NCBI RefSeq assembly: GCF_001194135.2
Contig: NC_068981.1
Location: 60,728,445 to 60,762,579, forward strand
Source: Octopus bimaculoides
Lineage: Eukaryota
Direction of reading: 5' to 3'
Length of the DNA: 34,135 bases
Below, piece by piece: positions 1 to 12,951 of the stretch. Made by a program: the position numbers and the translations under genes. Below the pieces are notes generated by a model. The model searched no databases. It worked only from the letters and a program-made list of their open reading frames with translations, and was not told the origin of the DNA. Position 1 is the first letter of the stretch. Every line of letters begins with the position of its first letter.

Positions 1-3
1 ATA

Positions 4-36
<33 letters not shown>

Positions 37-59
37 GTATGTATGTGTCTGTGTGTGTG

Positions 60-1000
60 TTCTTATATGGGTGATCAAGACGGTCATTTTGCAGCTCTGT
101 GTTCATATGTAAGATCCTACAGCGTAGCTAGAAGGTACTACGGAACGAGTTCAAGTAAGAAAAGGACTTAATTATGAAAGTTGATGAGAATCGCTAGCGA
201 TTTGTAGAATACAATGAACAATTATATCATTAGAGATGGATTGCGCTATCTATGACTGCCTACTTGTGTGGTGTCAGATTTAGGAAATACAGAGTAGAAG
301 TGGTTGCGGCATTGGAAAGGGAAACAGAGAGAGTTTCATCGCGGACATGGTAGAAGCATATGGAAGATGTTTCAAAAGTGGTTGCAAAGAAGAAATCGTC
401 AATGAATATTAAAAGCAACTAGCCTCTCCATGGTTACAGTTACACCCAATATAGTGTAGTGATTTCATGGATAACATGGGAAATAGCATACTACAGTGTA
501 GGCCAGAATAACTCTGACATTCGCTGGTAGTAATATTGCTGAGATTACACAGAGACACACCCACACTTGCATACATGCGTACGTACATGCATAGTACGTA
601 CATTCATGTGTGTGTGTGTGTGTGCGTGCGTATTGGTTGCTTTGTATATGATAACATCCATTCTAAAAGGATAATCAAACTGGTTGGTGTATACTAATTA
701 CAATATCAAATGTGAATGAAGCAAAGGTGAAATGTGAAGGGAGTCGATTAAAAGGATTTCCAAAGCAAAGTTAAAATAAACCGAAACAAGACAGCACACC
801 TCTGCAACTGACGATTTACAACAGTTAATAATAGCTAAGGTGAAAAAGGTTTAGACGATGAACATAAAATATTTTATGAATGGAAGAACAGGAGGTATAA
901 TGTCTAAACACAATAGGTGATGCACGCGCTATACAGGGATATACGCTTTTGTTAGAGATGAAAGATGTGGTCGGCGCTTAGTATTTCTGTGAAAATAATG
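60..1000 (-). mobile_element. Very degenerate Penelope-like RT relic (weak)
   Basis: Minus-strand hand translation across frames gives PLE RT-like words in the expected order: YLL..IHK (~875-905), MDVIIY (~640-670), QYYYQ (~520-540), IFIDDF (~390-410), FLNLT (~270-290). Many stops and frameshifts; a (CA/TG)n tract interrupts it. Confidence 0.35.
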
Positions 1001-1991
1001 CGAGCTGTTTTCTGAATGACAGTTCAGTAATGGTGTCTTTTCAGAAAAGTATGATAGTCCTTCAAGAAATAATAATTGCAAGGGCTGCTATTGTCCTGAT
1101 ATGATTTAACTCCAACAACGCTCTTTTCAAGAGGATAGGGTATTCGATCATCCTTTTAAGACCAAATGTATGAAATGAAAGAAATTTATTTTTGTGGTAT
1201 GTTTAATGAAATATCTGTGTATAAATGAAATCGTGATTTAAATAGTTTTGCGGTTAAAGCGTTTCGTTTCGTTCCTTTTGGAAGTTTAATTTCGGTACGC
1301 AATATTGTTAGGCATGTAGATTTTCGAAGACAGTTGCACAGGAGGCGTTTTCACAGATAATGGGTTTGCTTTCTAAGTTTAAACGTTTCATGCTAAGCAA
1401 TTTACGATCAAATATCGGTGGAATTTTCACAGTAGTAGACTATAAGGGGATTGTAGCAGGGAAGAGCAATACTGTTCTCTGGTTAGCTGTCCGCGAGTGA
1501 ATTTAATGAAAGGTAGGTGCAAGTGATGGAATGTTAAGAGCAGGGTGTGATCGTTCTACATATAGACCTGTAGGTAGAAGAGCGACAATTAGAGAGACGC
1601 TTGTCCTGAGTTTTCAAGATGACATTGAATCTGTAGATTTTATGTGGCACTAAAAAGTACTCATGTCTCAGGAGAATGGTATCATCATAATTTATTATTT
1701 GTAATGTATACATTTATTTTTTGTGATTCTATTTTATCCGCTCCAATCTCCATGTATCCTTGCCTCATTTTATGTATCTTTGATTGCCGCTCTAATCCTT
1801 TGCCACCATGGCTGGATAAAATATGCTGCAGGATTACTTCTGTCTCTACACGTACTGAGAACCTACAGCAAGGAACTTTATCTTTTCTTTTGGAGTTGAT
1901 AAAATAAAGTTTCTCCAGTCAGTCGAACGCATCGACGTATTCCAGAAAATTGATCTACAAATTGCCGGGCATACTTTTGTCTTAATTCGAA

Positions 1992-2011
1992 ACAACAACA
2001 GCAACAACGAT

Positions 2012-2074
<63 letters not shown>

Positions 2075-2090
2075 AATAATGATGATAATA
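1992..2090. repeat. Compound trinucleotide microsatellite (CAA)n-(CTA)n-(AAT/GAT)n
   Basis: Directly visible. Confidence 0.97.
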
Positions 2091-2091
2091 T

Positions 2092-3800
2092 GCGTATGAC
2101 ATGGTCCCCATTCCTGGATTTTAGAAAGTACAGGTATCTGGTAACATATCAAGGGAGACCAATGAAAAACTAGAATACAGAGGTAACTTGATAGGGAAAT
2201 TTTTTAGGGAGAGTTAACATCAGGAGTGGCATATTTGAAGGGGCTAGCCTATCAGCATTGCTGTCTGTAATTTGTATGATACTCCTCACACAGATACTAC
2301 GGAAAGTGACATCGGGATACACCTTGAAAAGTGGAGGAAAATTAAATTATCTGTTATATATGGAAGATTTAAAGATCTTTGGGAAGATCGAACGTGTAAT
2401 AAATGGCCTAGTTTCAACAGTGCAGATATTCAGTAAGGATAACGGAATGGAATTTTGGAACTCAAAAGTGGAGTATGCTGATAAAACAAAAAGGAAAAAA
2501 GGCAAAGTAATGTCGCCTAAAGGTGTAGAGTACAGAATGGGGAGAAAATTAAGGATCTTTAGACTAATGGATATAAATATCTGGGGATCTTGGAATACAA
2601 CAAAATCAAGGAAAATGAAATGAAGGAAAGCTTTAGGTGAGAATATCTCAGAAAAACCAAATTAATTGTGGGAAGTAGACTCAATGAAAAAAAAAGCAAA
2701 CAAACAAACAAGATCAGGGGAATGAACACATAGGCTGTTTATTAAATGAGATACGGTGCAGGTATTGTTAAGTTCATAAAGAATGAGCTTGACGAAATGG
2801 ATAGGAAAACCAGAAAAGTGATGACAACAAGGAACTACACCTGAAAAGCGATATTAACAGACTCCATGTACCTAGGAACAGGGGAGGAAGAGGCCTCATA
2901 GGATGCAAGATGTGTGTTGTCAACGAAAGGAATAGTCTGGGATGGTACTTCAAAGAGCAGTGTAAATCCTTGATTGCCGATGTCAGAATTAACAATATAG
3001 TACCTACTAAAAATGTGATGCTCCCACAAGAACTTAAGAAAGAAGATGAAGATGAAAGAGGAAACAATTGGAAAATGAAACCACTGCATGGGCAATACCT
3101 CAGAGAAATCGAAGGAAAATACATGATCAGCACTTGGAGCTGGCTAAGAAAAGTGACCTGAAAGGATGCAGTGAGAGATTGATATGCAGCGCCCAGGAAC
3201 AAGCTCTGAGAATTAATTACACCAAGTTCCAAATAAATAAGAGTAGCGAATCGCCTCTTTGCAGGATGTGTGGCAGCAGAAATGAAACAATCTCACAGAT
3301 TGAGAGTGAGTGTAGCAACCTGGCCCCAAAGCACTATAAAAGAAGGCATGATAACGTGGCTATGTGAAAAGTCCGGCCTGAACAGAGCACGGAAATGATA
3401 TGAACATAAACCATAAGGAGTCACCGAGAACAAGGAATATAAGATACTGTGGGATTTTACAATCCAGTCTAACTCCCTAATCGAGTCTCGGACACCAGAT
3501 ATTACTGTGGTAGGTATCGGAAAAAAGGAAACCAAAATTATAAAATAAAGCAATACCTGGGGATTCCTGCATAACTGACAAGAAAAAACAAGAAAAGATT
3601 GAAAAATACAGGCTAACAAAAGACGAAATTGCGAGAATGTGAACTCTGAAGAGAGTGCCTCTCATTCCAGTGTAATTGAAAAACAAGTACCAAAGCTTAT
3701 AGTGTGTGGAAAGAGACGCTGTGAAACCTCTGAGAGCAGGCTGTTGTCCGCTTTCACAGAATGTACCAGGGCAAACAAGTTTGAGCGCTCTGAGATGTAA
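2092..3800 (+). mobile_element. R4/Dong-clade RLE non-LTR retrotransposon, copy A (5'-truncated, RT to RLE, frameshifted)
   Basis: AYDMVP at 2092; LNYLLYMEDLKIF (YMDD-like); EF.NSK; RYGAGI; KPLHGQYLREI; QEQALRINY; CRMCGSRNETISQIESEC (zinc knuckle); KRRHDNVA; ILWDF.IQ; ESRTPD (PD nuclease motif). Flanked by trinucleotide repeats on both sides. Confidence 0.9.
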
Positions 3801-3821
3801 ACAACAATAACAACGAAGATA

Positions 3822-3858
<37 letters not shown>

Positions 3859-3912
3859 GGATGATGATGATGATGATGATAATAATAATAATAACAATAA
3901 TAATAATAATAA
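3801..3912. repeat. (CAA)/(GAT)n/(AAT)n microsatellite
   Basis: Directly visible; source of the poly-M and poly-I ORFs. Confidence 0.97.
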
Positions 3913-4240
3913 ATTTTGCATGCCCAGCTAAAAACAAGGTATCCGATAAGGAAGAAAGAAAAGTCAAGAGATATGACAGGTTAGCTTGGGAAGTTAAGCA
4001 GTTGTGGTCAATGAAAAAAGGTAGCAGTAGTACCAATAATTGTCGGGGACCTAGGTACAGTGATCAAAAATTTCGCGAAGTGCATGGAACAGATAGGGGC
4101 TGCAGTAAGGGTGGATCACTTGCAGAAAACAACACTGCTTAGGGCCTCTCGTATACTCTGGAAGGTGTTACCTTAGTTCACTGGTAGCGAACAGCTGACA
4201 CCGTAGTACATCTCCAGCGTTAGAAGCTGTGAAAAGGCAA
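3907..4240 (+). mobile_element. R4/Dong-type copy B: extreme 3' end (RLE C-terminus and 3' UTR)
   Basis: IINFACPAKNKVSDKEERKVKRYDRLAWEVKQLWSMKK, then after a frameshift VAVVPIIVGDLGTV...LQKTTLL..SRILWKV; followed by a (CAT)/(CAA)/(AAT)n tail. Confidence 0.85.
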
Positions 4241-4302
4241 TGATAACATCATCATCATCATCAACAACAACAACAACAACAAGATCAACAACAACAACAA
4301 TG

Positions 4303-4368
<66 letters not shown>
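4241..4368. repeat. (CAT)n(CAA)n(AAT)n microsatellite
   Basis: Directly visible. Confidence 0.97.
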
Positions 4369-4369
<1 letters not shown>

Positions 4370-5290
4370 AGCAAGAAAACTATTAGAAAACAACCACCAT
4401 ACGACTACAGAAATACCTACTTAAGAAGCAAGGAGAACTGATACAAATAGCCACAAAACACGAACAAAACGAAAACTTATATGCACTCTTTTAGGAAGTT
4501 GACATACTGAAAACCAAACTAATACTGGAACAGCAACGGATCATGATAAAATGATAGCAAGAAAAGCCCCTTCGTGACAAATACTGGGTTAAACTAAACA
4601 GAAAAGAAATAGACAAAGCAAAACCCCAACAATGGCTGAGAAGATCAGGACTCAAAGCAGAGACTGAAGGATTTTTCATTGCAGTACTAGATCAAAGCCT
4701 TCCCACTAGAAATTAACAAAGACATGTGATGAATAGAAATACAAATAACTGCAGAATATGTGGAGATGGAGAAGAAACAAAAAATCATATTGTCTCTGGC
4801 CGCCCAGTCCTGGCTAAGAAGGAATATATTCACAGACATGACAGAGTTGGAACCTATATACATCGAAGCTATGCCAACACTATCTAATAACAAAGAAAAA
4901 TCATGGTATAGGCAGACACCAGAAAAGGTCACAGAAAATGGGAAAATATCATCGAGAAAAAAATGCTTTCTAATCAATGTATCAATACCAACAGATGACA
5001 ATGTTTCCCTAAAATAAAGGAATAAACTTTCAAAATACAAAGATCTGGAAATAGAGATAACTCGAATGTGGAGTCTAAAAGCAAACATTTTCTATCATAG
5101 TAGGTGCATTACGTATGATAAAAAATTATTCAGCCAAATACATATCAAAATCACCAGGACTAACAAGTATATGTAAAATACAGAAAATAGTACTACTAGA
5201 AACTTCACAATAAAACACAGCACATAACCAAGGTACACAGAGCTGTGCTCGGTAGTGCAGTGAAAGCACAAGATAAAAATAAGACTACTG

Positions 5291-5329
<39 letters not shown>
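4369..5329 (+). mobile_element. R4/Dong-type copy C (second subfamily): 3' part with internal deletion, 3' UTR and A39 tail
   Basis: QQWLRRSGLKAETEGF.IAVLDQSLPTRN; CRICGDGEET.NHIVSG; EYIHRHDRVG; WYRQTPEKVTEN joined almost directly to KKCFLINVSIP (ILWD..PD segment missing); KYKDLEIEITRMW. A-run 5291-5329. Confidence 0.87.
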
Positions 5330-5331
<2 letters not shown>

Positions 5332-5369
5332 AAGGATCATGTGCTTAGATCTGTTTGGAATTGCGAGGA

Positions 5370-5945
5370 ATGTAACGTGTTTCCTGAAGAGCAGTATGGT
5401 GGGATAGAAAACTGAACTGGCATCGTACGAAAAAGCCTGGGCACCTTGGCTATCAGAAGAGAGTTACTCCGGGGTGATAACCTATTTTTGTTCCTTTTTG
5501 TTCTCTGCATGATACCCCTGACCTTGGTACTTAGGAAAATGAATTTGAGTTTCTAACTAAAAGACAAATGCCAAACAATCAACCACCTCCTCTTTATGGA
5601 TGATTTGAAACTGTATGGCAAAGATGAGACTGAAATGAGTTCCTTACTGAACACGGTCTACTGTTTTAGTATTGATATTAGAATGGAATTTGGACTCGAG
5701 AAGTGTGGAATAATCTACCTAAAAAGAGGCAAGGAAGAGTCCCTAGCAGGGATAGAATTATGGAATAGAGACTTGATTACACAAATTGAAAAGGAAGGAT
5801 AGAAATACTTTGGTGTACTGGAGTTCAACGAGATAGTGGAAAAGGAAACGAAAGAGAAACTGAGGATGAAGTATCTCCGAAGAATGAGGTTGGTCTTGTG
5901 CTCAAAATTGACTGGATGGAATAAAATGCAAGCAGTTAATACGTG
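5370..5945 (+). mobile_element. R4/Dong-type copy D: internal RT fragment
   Basis: RGDNLFLFLFVLCMIPLTLVLRK; INHLLFMDDLKLYGKDETE; MEFGLEKCGIIYLKRGK; KYLRRMRLVLCSKL. Confidence 0.88.
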
Positions 5946-6439
5946 AAATAAAATCTCTTAATGTGAAATAAAATCAACAAGAAACGAAATTATCACAAGT
6001 CATACCTTACCCTCTTACATAGAAAAATACATTGGATAAGATTGTACTGCGTGGACTTTGCTCAATCCTTTATAAAACGGACAGCCATCGCTGGAATACT
6101 TTTTGATTATAGCCTTACTGTATTTTAGCTCCATAATGACTAAAAAAAACCCCAAAAATAGCAGCTCTATCTAGAAAATAAGAACTCGCAAAGATAGAAT
6201 TGAAAGCGAAGGTAAAATATTTGCTGTTCCATGCTCCACTAGACGGGATAACCTCTATACAATCGATCAATTTTCTACAAGGGCCAGTAAAATCACTGTC
6301 AAATCATAACTTACGCTTTATAGTTCAAGGAATAAAGCTGATTACCAATTAGTTTGGATTATGTAAAGTTTACGAATGGAAGTAATTATTAGTCTTCACT
6401 GCGTAGAAACGTTTCATAAATTCCAATCTTAAATGTGGA

Positions 6440-6592
6440 TTATATTGTCTACAGTACTCAACTAGAACTCATTTTATTGACCCTGAGAGGATAGAAGGCA
6501 AAGTCAACCTCGGCGGATTTTCAACTCATAACGCAAAGACGGACGAAATGCCAATAAGCATTTTGTACGGACCGGTATAGATTCTGCTACTG
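6440..6592 (-). mobile_element. tRNA-derived SINE, family 1 (partial)
   Basis: Homologous by eye to copies at 7303-7512 and 29312-29510 (shared ...gaaatg.tta.ggcatttc....cgtt.tgagtt.aaa...gccgaggttgactttgcct.tcatcct...). Family assignment is from recollection of octopod repeats. Confidence 0.75.
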
Positions 6593-6759
6593 ATGAGACG
6601 AGGCACGTCAAGATCACGTGATTTAGATGCTTCGGCGTCCATAGAGGACGATTTTCGTCTGCCAGTGATCTAAATATGTGTGCTTTTATGCACCACGCGT
6701 CTATATGGGAGTGCTGTCGGGGTAAATAACGCAGTAGTTGGCGCTCTAAACTACATCCA

Positions 6760-9145
6760 CGATAAGTTGGATATACAACTGTCAATATCTGCCATTGGAT
6801 GGTACATTTTCTCCATTGATAGCAAGTTCCATGTTTTGGTTCCTAGGATCACTGTCCTGTTGACGATATAAAAGTTGTAAATTATAAATGGAACTGCCGG
6901 TGTGTTAGTGGCTTCAAATTTATCAGAAATATATGCAGCTATCTCACTCTTCGGTCATATTCTTTACTACTATTTTTTTCTTTTATTGAGACGTGTCGTA
7001 TAATGCTACCATTATAGACTCCAAAATATAGGTTAATTTTCCACGTTTTAAAGTGACTTTTACACACTTATGTCAGCCAAACTCTGTACGAGTGTCATCA
7101 CTGAAGATCTTTACTATGTTGTGGAGTCTAGTCTATTGGTTGTCATTTTTAGTGAAGGTTTTGAGATCGTCCATTTAAAAGATATAGTTTTCACTTCACT
7201 GCTTGTTAACTATAGACACTGTTGTTCAGAAGAGTACTAAATAGGGCAAGTGCATTGAAGAATAACAAAGATGACAGCCATCCCTCCTGGATTTATGGGT
7301 CCTACGTCGGTGAGGTGGCATAATCGTTAGCACGCCGAACGAAATGATTAGAGGCATTTCTTTTACCTTCACGTTCTGAGTGCAAAAGTTGCTGAAGTTT
7401 GCCATTCATCCTTTCGCGATCGATATATTAAAGTAGCATTCATATACTGGGGGCGGAATAATAGAAATGTCTTTCCCCTCAAAATTGATGACCTTGTGCC
7501 AAAATTAAAAAGGAGTATTTACATTCCTTCTTGTCGATTTTCATGAAGTTAGTGATGGTTTGATTGATCTTTCCAATTCTGGTATGTGGGTCACTGTCAA
7601 AAGATTTATTGTAGTCCACCCATATTCTGGAGAGGTTCTTCAATTCTTTCAATATGGCTTAGTTGATAACCATCTGATATTTACAAGGACAACTTTCTTT
7701 TCGGCGTCCCTTTCACTCTTAGGTTGTTTTTTTTTTCAATAATTAGGCAGGTATATCATGTAAATAGTGGGAGAGCTGGTAACAGGCCTGTACTTTTGGT
7801 GGTTTGTATTCTCCTTGGTCTTTGGGAGGGGGTATGTTTTACCTTCTGTAAGCCATTTGAGACATATATCTATGCCTTTCAGGATGCTATTGTATGCCAA
7901 TGCTAGCTAGATTCATAATTCAAAAGCTGCGAATCTCTTAACACCCCACTACTACTTCCCAGTTGTTTGTTTTATTGATAGCATATGTGGTTTCTTCTAG
8001 TATTATATTAGTTCGGGAGTGGGATTCAACTTCCAAATTAAACTTTTGTTCTTGGATCCAGTTTGTATCCTTATTATAGGTTTTGTTCTTCTCCTAGGTG
8101 TTACTGTAGCAGGTTTCCAGTTCAGTGGTTTGCTTGCATCTATATTCCTCTATCCCCAGTTCTCTGTTGCATTCTTTTTGGAGGTCTTGTTTGCCTGTAG
8201 CATTTATTCCATTTGCTCATACGCCTGAGCCATTGTGCTTTGGTCTCTATTTATTGGTTTAAGGGTCGTTTTGCTGTGGTGTGGTTATCCTTTTCTTTTA
8301 TATTGTACTTATTTTTTGTCTTTTCCATTTAGCGGTTTTCATAATTGTTCCCGCTTTTACTTTTGTCATCAGCAATAACAGTCAACTAACTTTCGGGATA
8401 TTATTTTTAATTTTCTCTTTCCATCAATACTTCTGGTATTTCTTCAAATGCCGTTTGATTTTTTTTACGATCAGTTTTCCCATAACATTTCCGATGTATA
8501 CATTAATTCGTTTATTTCAATAATGAACTGTGGCCTTGCTATCTCCTTTTGGAATTTGTTAACAACCTTCATCATTGAGTCAATTGTTACTATTATGAGA
8601 CAATATTTCTTTAAAAGTTTGTCATTCAGTGTTTTCGTCTTCTGGAACCTCTTCTAGATCACTAGAAGTATTTTCATTTGTAGTTTTTCTGCATATCTTT
8701 CATTGCCATAGTTTTTATCCACTTGTTGGTTCCTGAGACGTTGTCTAGCATCTCTTACTTTTTCTTTGGTATTGCACTTGGGTGTCTCTCACACAATATT
8801 CTGTAAATACTTTAGGAATTAGATTTGATGGTTTTCTTATGGCAATGTAGAACACGTCTATTACTTTTCTTCCCTAAAACTATTCTTCCCTAATCCGTTT
8901 CGTCTTCAACTTCGAACAGGCTGTGACGATGTATTATGTTGAGAACCTCATTGAGTTTTGACTTTGATGTATTGGTTTTCTGGTATGCATAGGGTAGAGG
9001 TTTTTCAACTCTCAAACCTTCTCCCTCGACCTGGTTGTGTGTTGAGATATGCGATCATTGTTTATCCGCAGGACTGTCGATGCGGCTACATATTCATGTA
9101 AATTGTTTATTCATGTTTGCTCTGAAACTTTTCTGTTAGCTGTCT
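6760..9145 (-). mobile_element. R4/Dong-type copy E: long 5' and RT portion, 3'-truncated, interrupted by a SINE
   Basis: Minus strand: WLTEGKTYPLPK..KYRPVTSSPTIY; WVDYNKSFDSDPH (~7595-7630); MDDLKTFTKND (~7130-7160); FSDDTRTEFG*HKCVKVTLKRGKL; ATNTPAVP; KTWNLLSMEKMYHPMADID (~6790-6845). The upstream end abuts the long (TAA)n at 9150-9352. Confidence 0.85.
7303..7512 (+). mobile_element. tRNA-derived SINE, family 1, nested in R4/Dong copy E
   Basis: ggtggcataatcgttagcacgccgaacgaaatg...cgttctgagtgcaaa...cattcatcctttcgcgatcgata...; RT coding sequence lies on both sides. Confidence 0.75.
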
Positions 9146-9148
9146 TAA

Positions 9149-9353
<205 letters not shown>

Positions 9354-9359
9354 TCTTTC

Positions 9360-10700
9360 GACTCCTTCATTGATAAATTATCCCAGTAAAAATTCAACTA
9401 GACTATTTTGTTGATTCTATTCTACTTTAATGAAAGCAAATAATCCATATGTAACGATAAAGTCTGAAACCCTCTGACCTCGGTTTTTAAATCCAATCAT
9501 TTTCGTTTCCAATTTTGGTACAGCAGCATAACTAGCATTAAAATAATGGTCTGAAAAATCGAGCGATTGCCGATAGTGATCATAACTTTTGCGATATCGT
9601 TCAAACACTGGAAAAAAAACTATTCAATTTTGTTTTTGTATTATTAAATAATTGTAATCCATAACCAAATCAATATATTTCTGAAATATTTCCTTTTTGT
9701 TGGACACCTACGAAATGAATTGAAAACTGTTCGCACCTTTTACATAAGATTGTTAATGCTTAAATTTTATTCAGTGTTTGGGTCTTCCGCAGCAAGAATT
9801 TTATTAGTTTGCTGCACTGACATTAATTTTAGCTAATTTTGCAAGTGCAAAATAAACGCACATTATGATCATATTCTTGTACTCTGTTTTCAAATGTGAT
9901 GTGCTCTTTTCAAGTGTCCTAAGTTAGATGAGCTGCCTCATAATACACTTAACTGTGTAATAGCAAACATAAAAAACAGAAATATAAGGTCTATACACGT
10001 ACTAGAACTGATGTTCGCATTTAATATAGTTGTCATATTTAGCCATAAGACTTGCTCCATGAATTATGACTGCGGATATATTTTATGTTCAAATAAATCT
10101 TGTTTCTAAAAGATTTTAAGCGAGTAAAAGTTCATAAATCCTCGTCATTCCTAAATTCCAGGATTAACCACATGTTAGTACTTTCATATTCATATATCAA
10201 CAATTACTCAAAGATGAATATTTATCTAATGAAACATGGAACATTTAAGCCTTTCTGTTTCGCTATTTTCTAATCAGAATTTTGAACTCTCTGCTTTAAA
10301 TGTGAAACGTTTCTTGTTCAGACTAAAATTTTATCTTTGATAACGCTTCTAATAGATATACTTTAAAAAAATTGCTTTGGAGGATATATAAACTCAATCT
10401 GATTTTCCGTAAAGAAACGTACGTTCTATGGGTTCATTCTTCTCGAAGGAGGTTCGCCTATCACAATTGTACTATATACTCTGAAAATAACTTCCTTCTC
10501 AATCCCTAAATAGCACAGAGGGTCCTCTTTAAACCAGCTGTGCATTTTAAGGTGGCCTTGACATTTTTAAATAGTTTTATTATAAGTCAAGAAATGCACA
10601 TTAAAGAAGAAGCAGTCCCAGGAATTCGTGATGGGTTTATAGGCAAATTGTTTGGAAATCCAGTATAAAAAATATAAAACCTAATTGTATTTTGCCTAAA
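9360..10700 (-). mobile_element. hAT-superfamily (hATm-like) transposase relic
   Basis: Minus strand: VSLDKYSSLSNC*YMNMKV (LDEWTS..NRRYMNINV-like, first catalytic D); SWNLGMTRI; ISAVIIHGASLM..IKCEHQF*Y (TTDGASVM..CEHQLCYAH-like); KVRTVFNSFRRCPTK; TKTKLNSFF/FERY (KTRWNSL..MLERF-like). Many stops. Confidence 0.75.
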
Positions 10701-11039
10701 CAGTTCGAGATATGCTCAGCTAATTTCTGTGAGTTTTACAAGCATGTATATATTAGTGATCGCATATGTGAATTCTGCATGTGCTTTTTTCCTGATCAAC
10801 TGTTCATATCTCATTTTTGCCTTTTTTCTTCTATTCTCTGTGCTTTTCTTTATGTATAACATCAACTTCATCATTTTACTCTTAAGTTTTTCTTCTTTCA
10901 GAATCAAATAATCACTGTGAAGGTCCTTTATGCATTTGTTAGTATTTGGATTCCTTGTACACACATACACACACACACACACACGCACGCACGCACGCAC
11001 TACCCAAATACAGGCACACACACGCCTCCCCCTCACACA

Positions 11040-11170
11040 TACACACATGTATATATTGAAGGCCTCTGCACAGTTCTAGTCTACTAAATGCTTCTCACGC
11101 TCAAGTTATTGTTCAACCCGAGTCCATTTAACGACTGAAACAGAACAACTTCATGATTAGTAAAGCGATA
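11040..11170 (-). mobile_element. SINE family 2, degenerate 5' half
   Basis: Minus strand reads ...ctcgggttgaacaataacttgagcgtgagaagcatttagtagactagaactgtgcagaggccttc then a (TA)/(TG) tract; matches my recollection of the major octopod SINE. Confidence 0.5.
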
Positions 11171-12204
11171 AAATAAAATAAATAAAAATAAAATAGCAAA
11201 TATAATACCAGTTTTTGCCAAATGTTTGATCGGCATTTACAGAAGACAACTACAGACATACTTCCTCCAAAGTACATACAACATCACCTTAACATACCGA
11301 TTCAAAACTACATTCGTTGGCAGTGCGTAAAACAATTATTGAAAAATTAAATTATCGTCACACGCCATTAGATCAAAAATATTTACTTTCGTTTCTTTTG
11401 TTTTCCTTTAATGTTGTAGACGTTAATTACATTTTCAACTACTTAAATGTCGCATTATTATGCGAATGTCGTTCAAAAATAATTTAATTTTCTAGTATTT
11501 ATCTTACCTTGTTCCGACAAATATCCATTTCTATATGTACACACATATAAGAATACATATGGACATCTTTCTCTCTCTCTCTTGTTTTCCTCTCACACTC
11601 TTTCTCTCTTTACACACACACACACATTTCTATGTTTGTGTAAAGCTATGTGTATTTGTTTACATATACTCACACAATGCAAGCACTCACAAATAGATTT
11701 GAGCATAAACGTATACCATCACAGTATATACATACATATACAAAAATTTAAACGCATACAAGTACACATAAGTACATACATGTTCATAAAAATATATTCC
11801 TTCTTATGGAATTCTACTTTACATTAATGTGGTTAGAATTGCAAAACAAAGGATGCATGCGTATACCACTGATATGATAGTTAGAGATCCAGTAAAGGAA
11901 ATGAACTTTCATTATTTTGGTAACCCGCCTGGATAGATGCATGACACACATACATAAAAATGTCTACACCTTTCAATGTTTAAAAACAATATTCTGCCTT
12001 TACAAAACTTGTCAATCAGTCAAAGTAATGTCTGATGTTCCTGTCAAAAATACAATATATATGCTTATATAACTACATAAATAAAGATACATATGCCTAT
12101 GGGTAGATATACATAAACATATGGTTACATCCACTTATACATATACATGCATGCGTGCTTGCTTACATACATGCATCCAACCATCCATATATTCAGTCAT
12201 TCAT

Positions 12205-12262
12205 ACATGCATACATACATACATACATACATACATACATACATACATACATACATACATAC
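12205..12262. repeat. (CATA)n microsatellite
   Basis: Directly visible. Confidence 0.95.
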
Positions 12263-12358
12263 ATGGCTACGAAGATGATCTCTAAATTCGAATGTAAAAA
12301 GAGCAGTAACTCTGGTCTGGAGACTATTTCCTTTTTGACGTTTCATGCAATTATATTT

Positions 12359-12595
12359 AATTGAACAATGTAATCACTACATCAATTTAAAAATGCAGAG
12401 CAATCCTCAGCTGCACTGAGACATGGTGTTGCTAAAGCAAGATGTAATCTGTCTGTCTCCTTAACGTCTTGGATATTATAGTTATAATTATACTAATGTG
12501 TCCATCCGTTCTCATTTCAATTAAATTCTATGTCTCTGTACAGCTGAGGACTGCTCTGCGTTTTTAAAGTGATGTAGTGATTACATTGTTCAATT
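12359..12595. mobile_element. MITE-like element with about 66-bp terminal inverted repeats
   Basis: 12359-12424 (aattgaacaatgtaatcactacatcaatttaaaaatgcagagcaatcctcagctgcactgagacat) is the reverse complement of 12530-12595 with about 5 mismatches; the spacer is non-coding and no clear TSD is visible. Confidence 0.8.
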
Positions 12596-12951
12596 CAATA
12601 GAGTTGTATGAAACGATCGTACTGCATTACCTCTGGATATCCTTGTTGCATATTTTGATATATGTATATATATATTACAGTTGTGTTGAAACACGTGATA
12701 CAGGAAAGTGCAGCATTGACGACAAAACATTTGTGGAGAACATTTTAAAGTTTTGCATAAACGACAATGTGAGTTTAGCACTCCAATTTCAACAGAATTA
12801 TCGTTTTTACAAAAATAAGATCGATCATATCTGAAAGCAGCTTCAGATTTTGTGAAGAACGAATTTGTACGTGGTCTGTTTCTGAGAGATATTCTAATGA
12901 ACTTCTGTGTAATGTGGCGTGCAAAACGTTGTTTTAATGATTCAGCATTAA

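Noticed and set aside
10716-10950. K/R-rich minus-strand ORF next to the hAT relic
   Set aside because: Low complexity, starts in a (TG)n tract, and has no identifiable domain.
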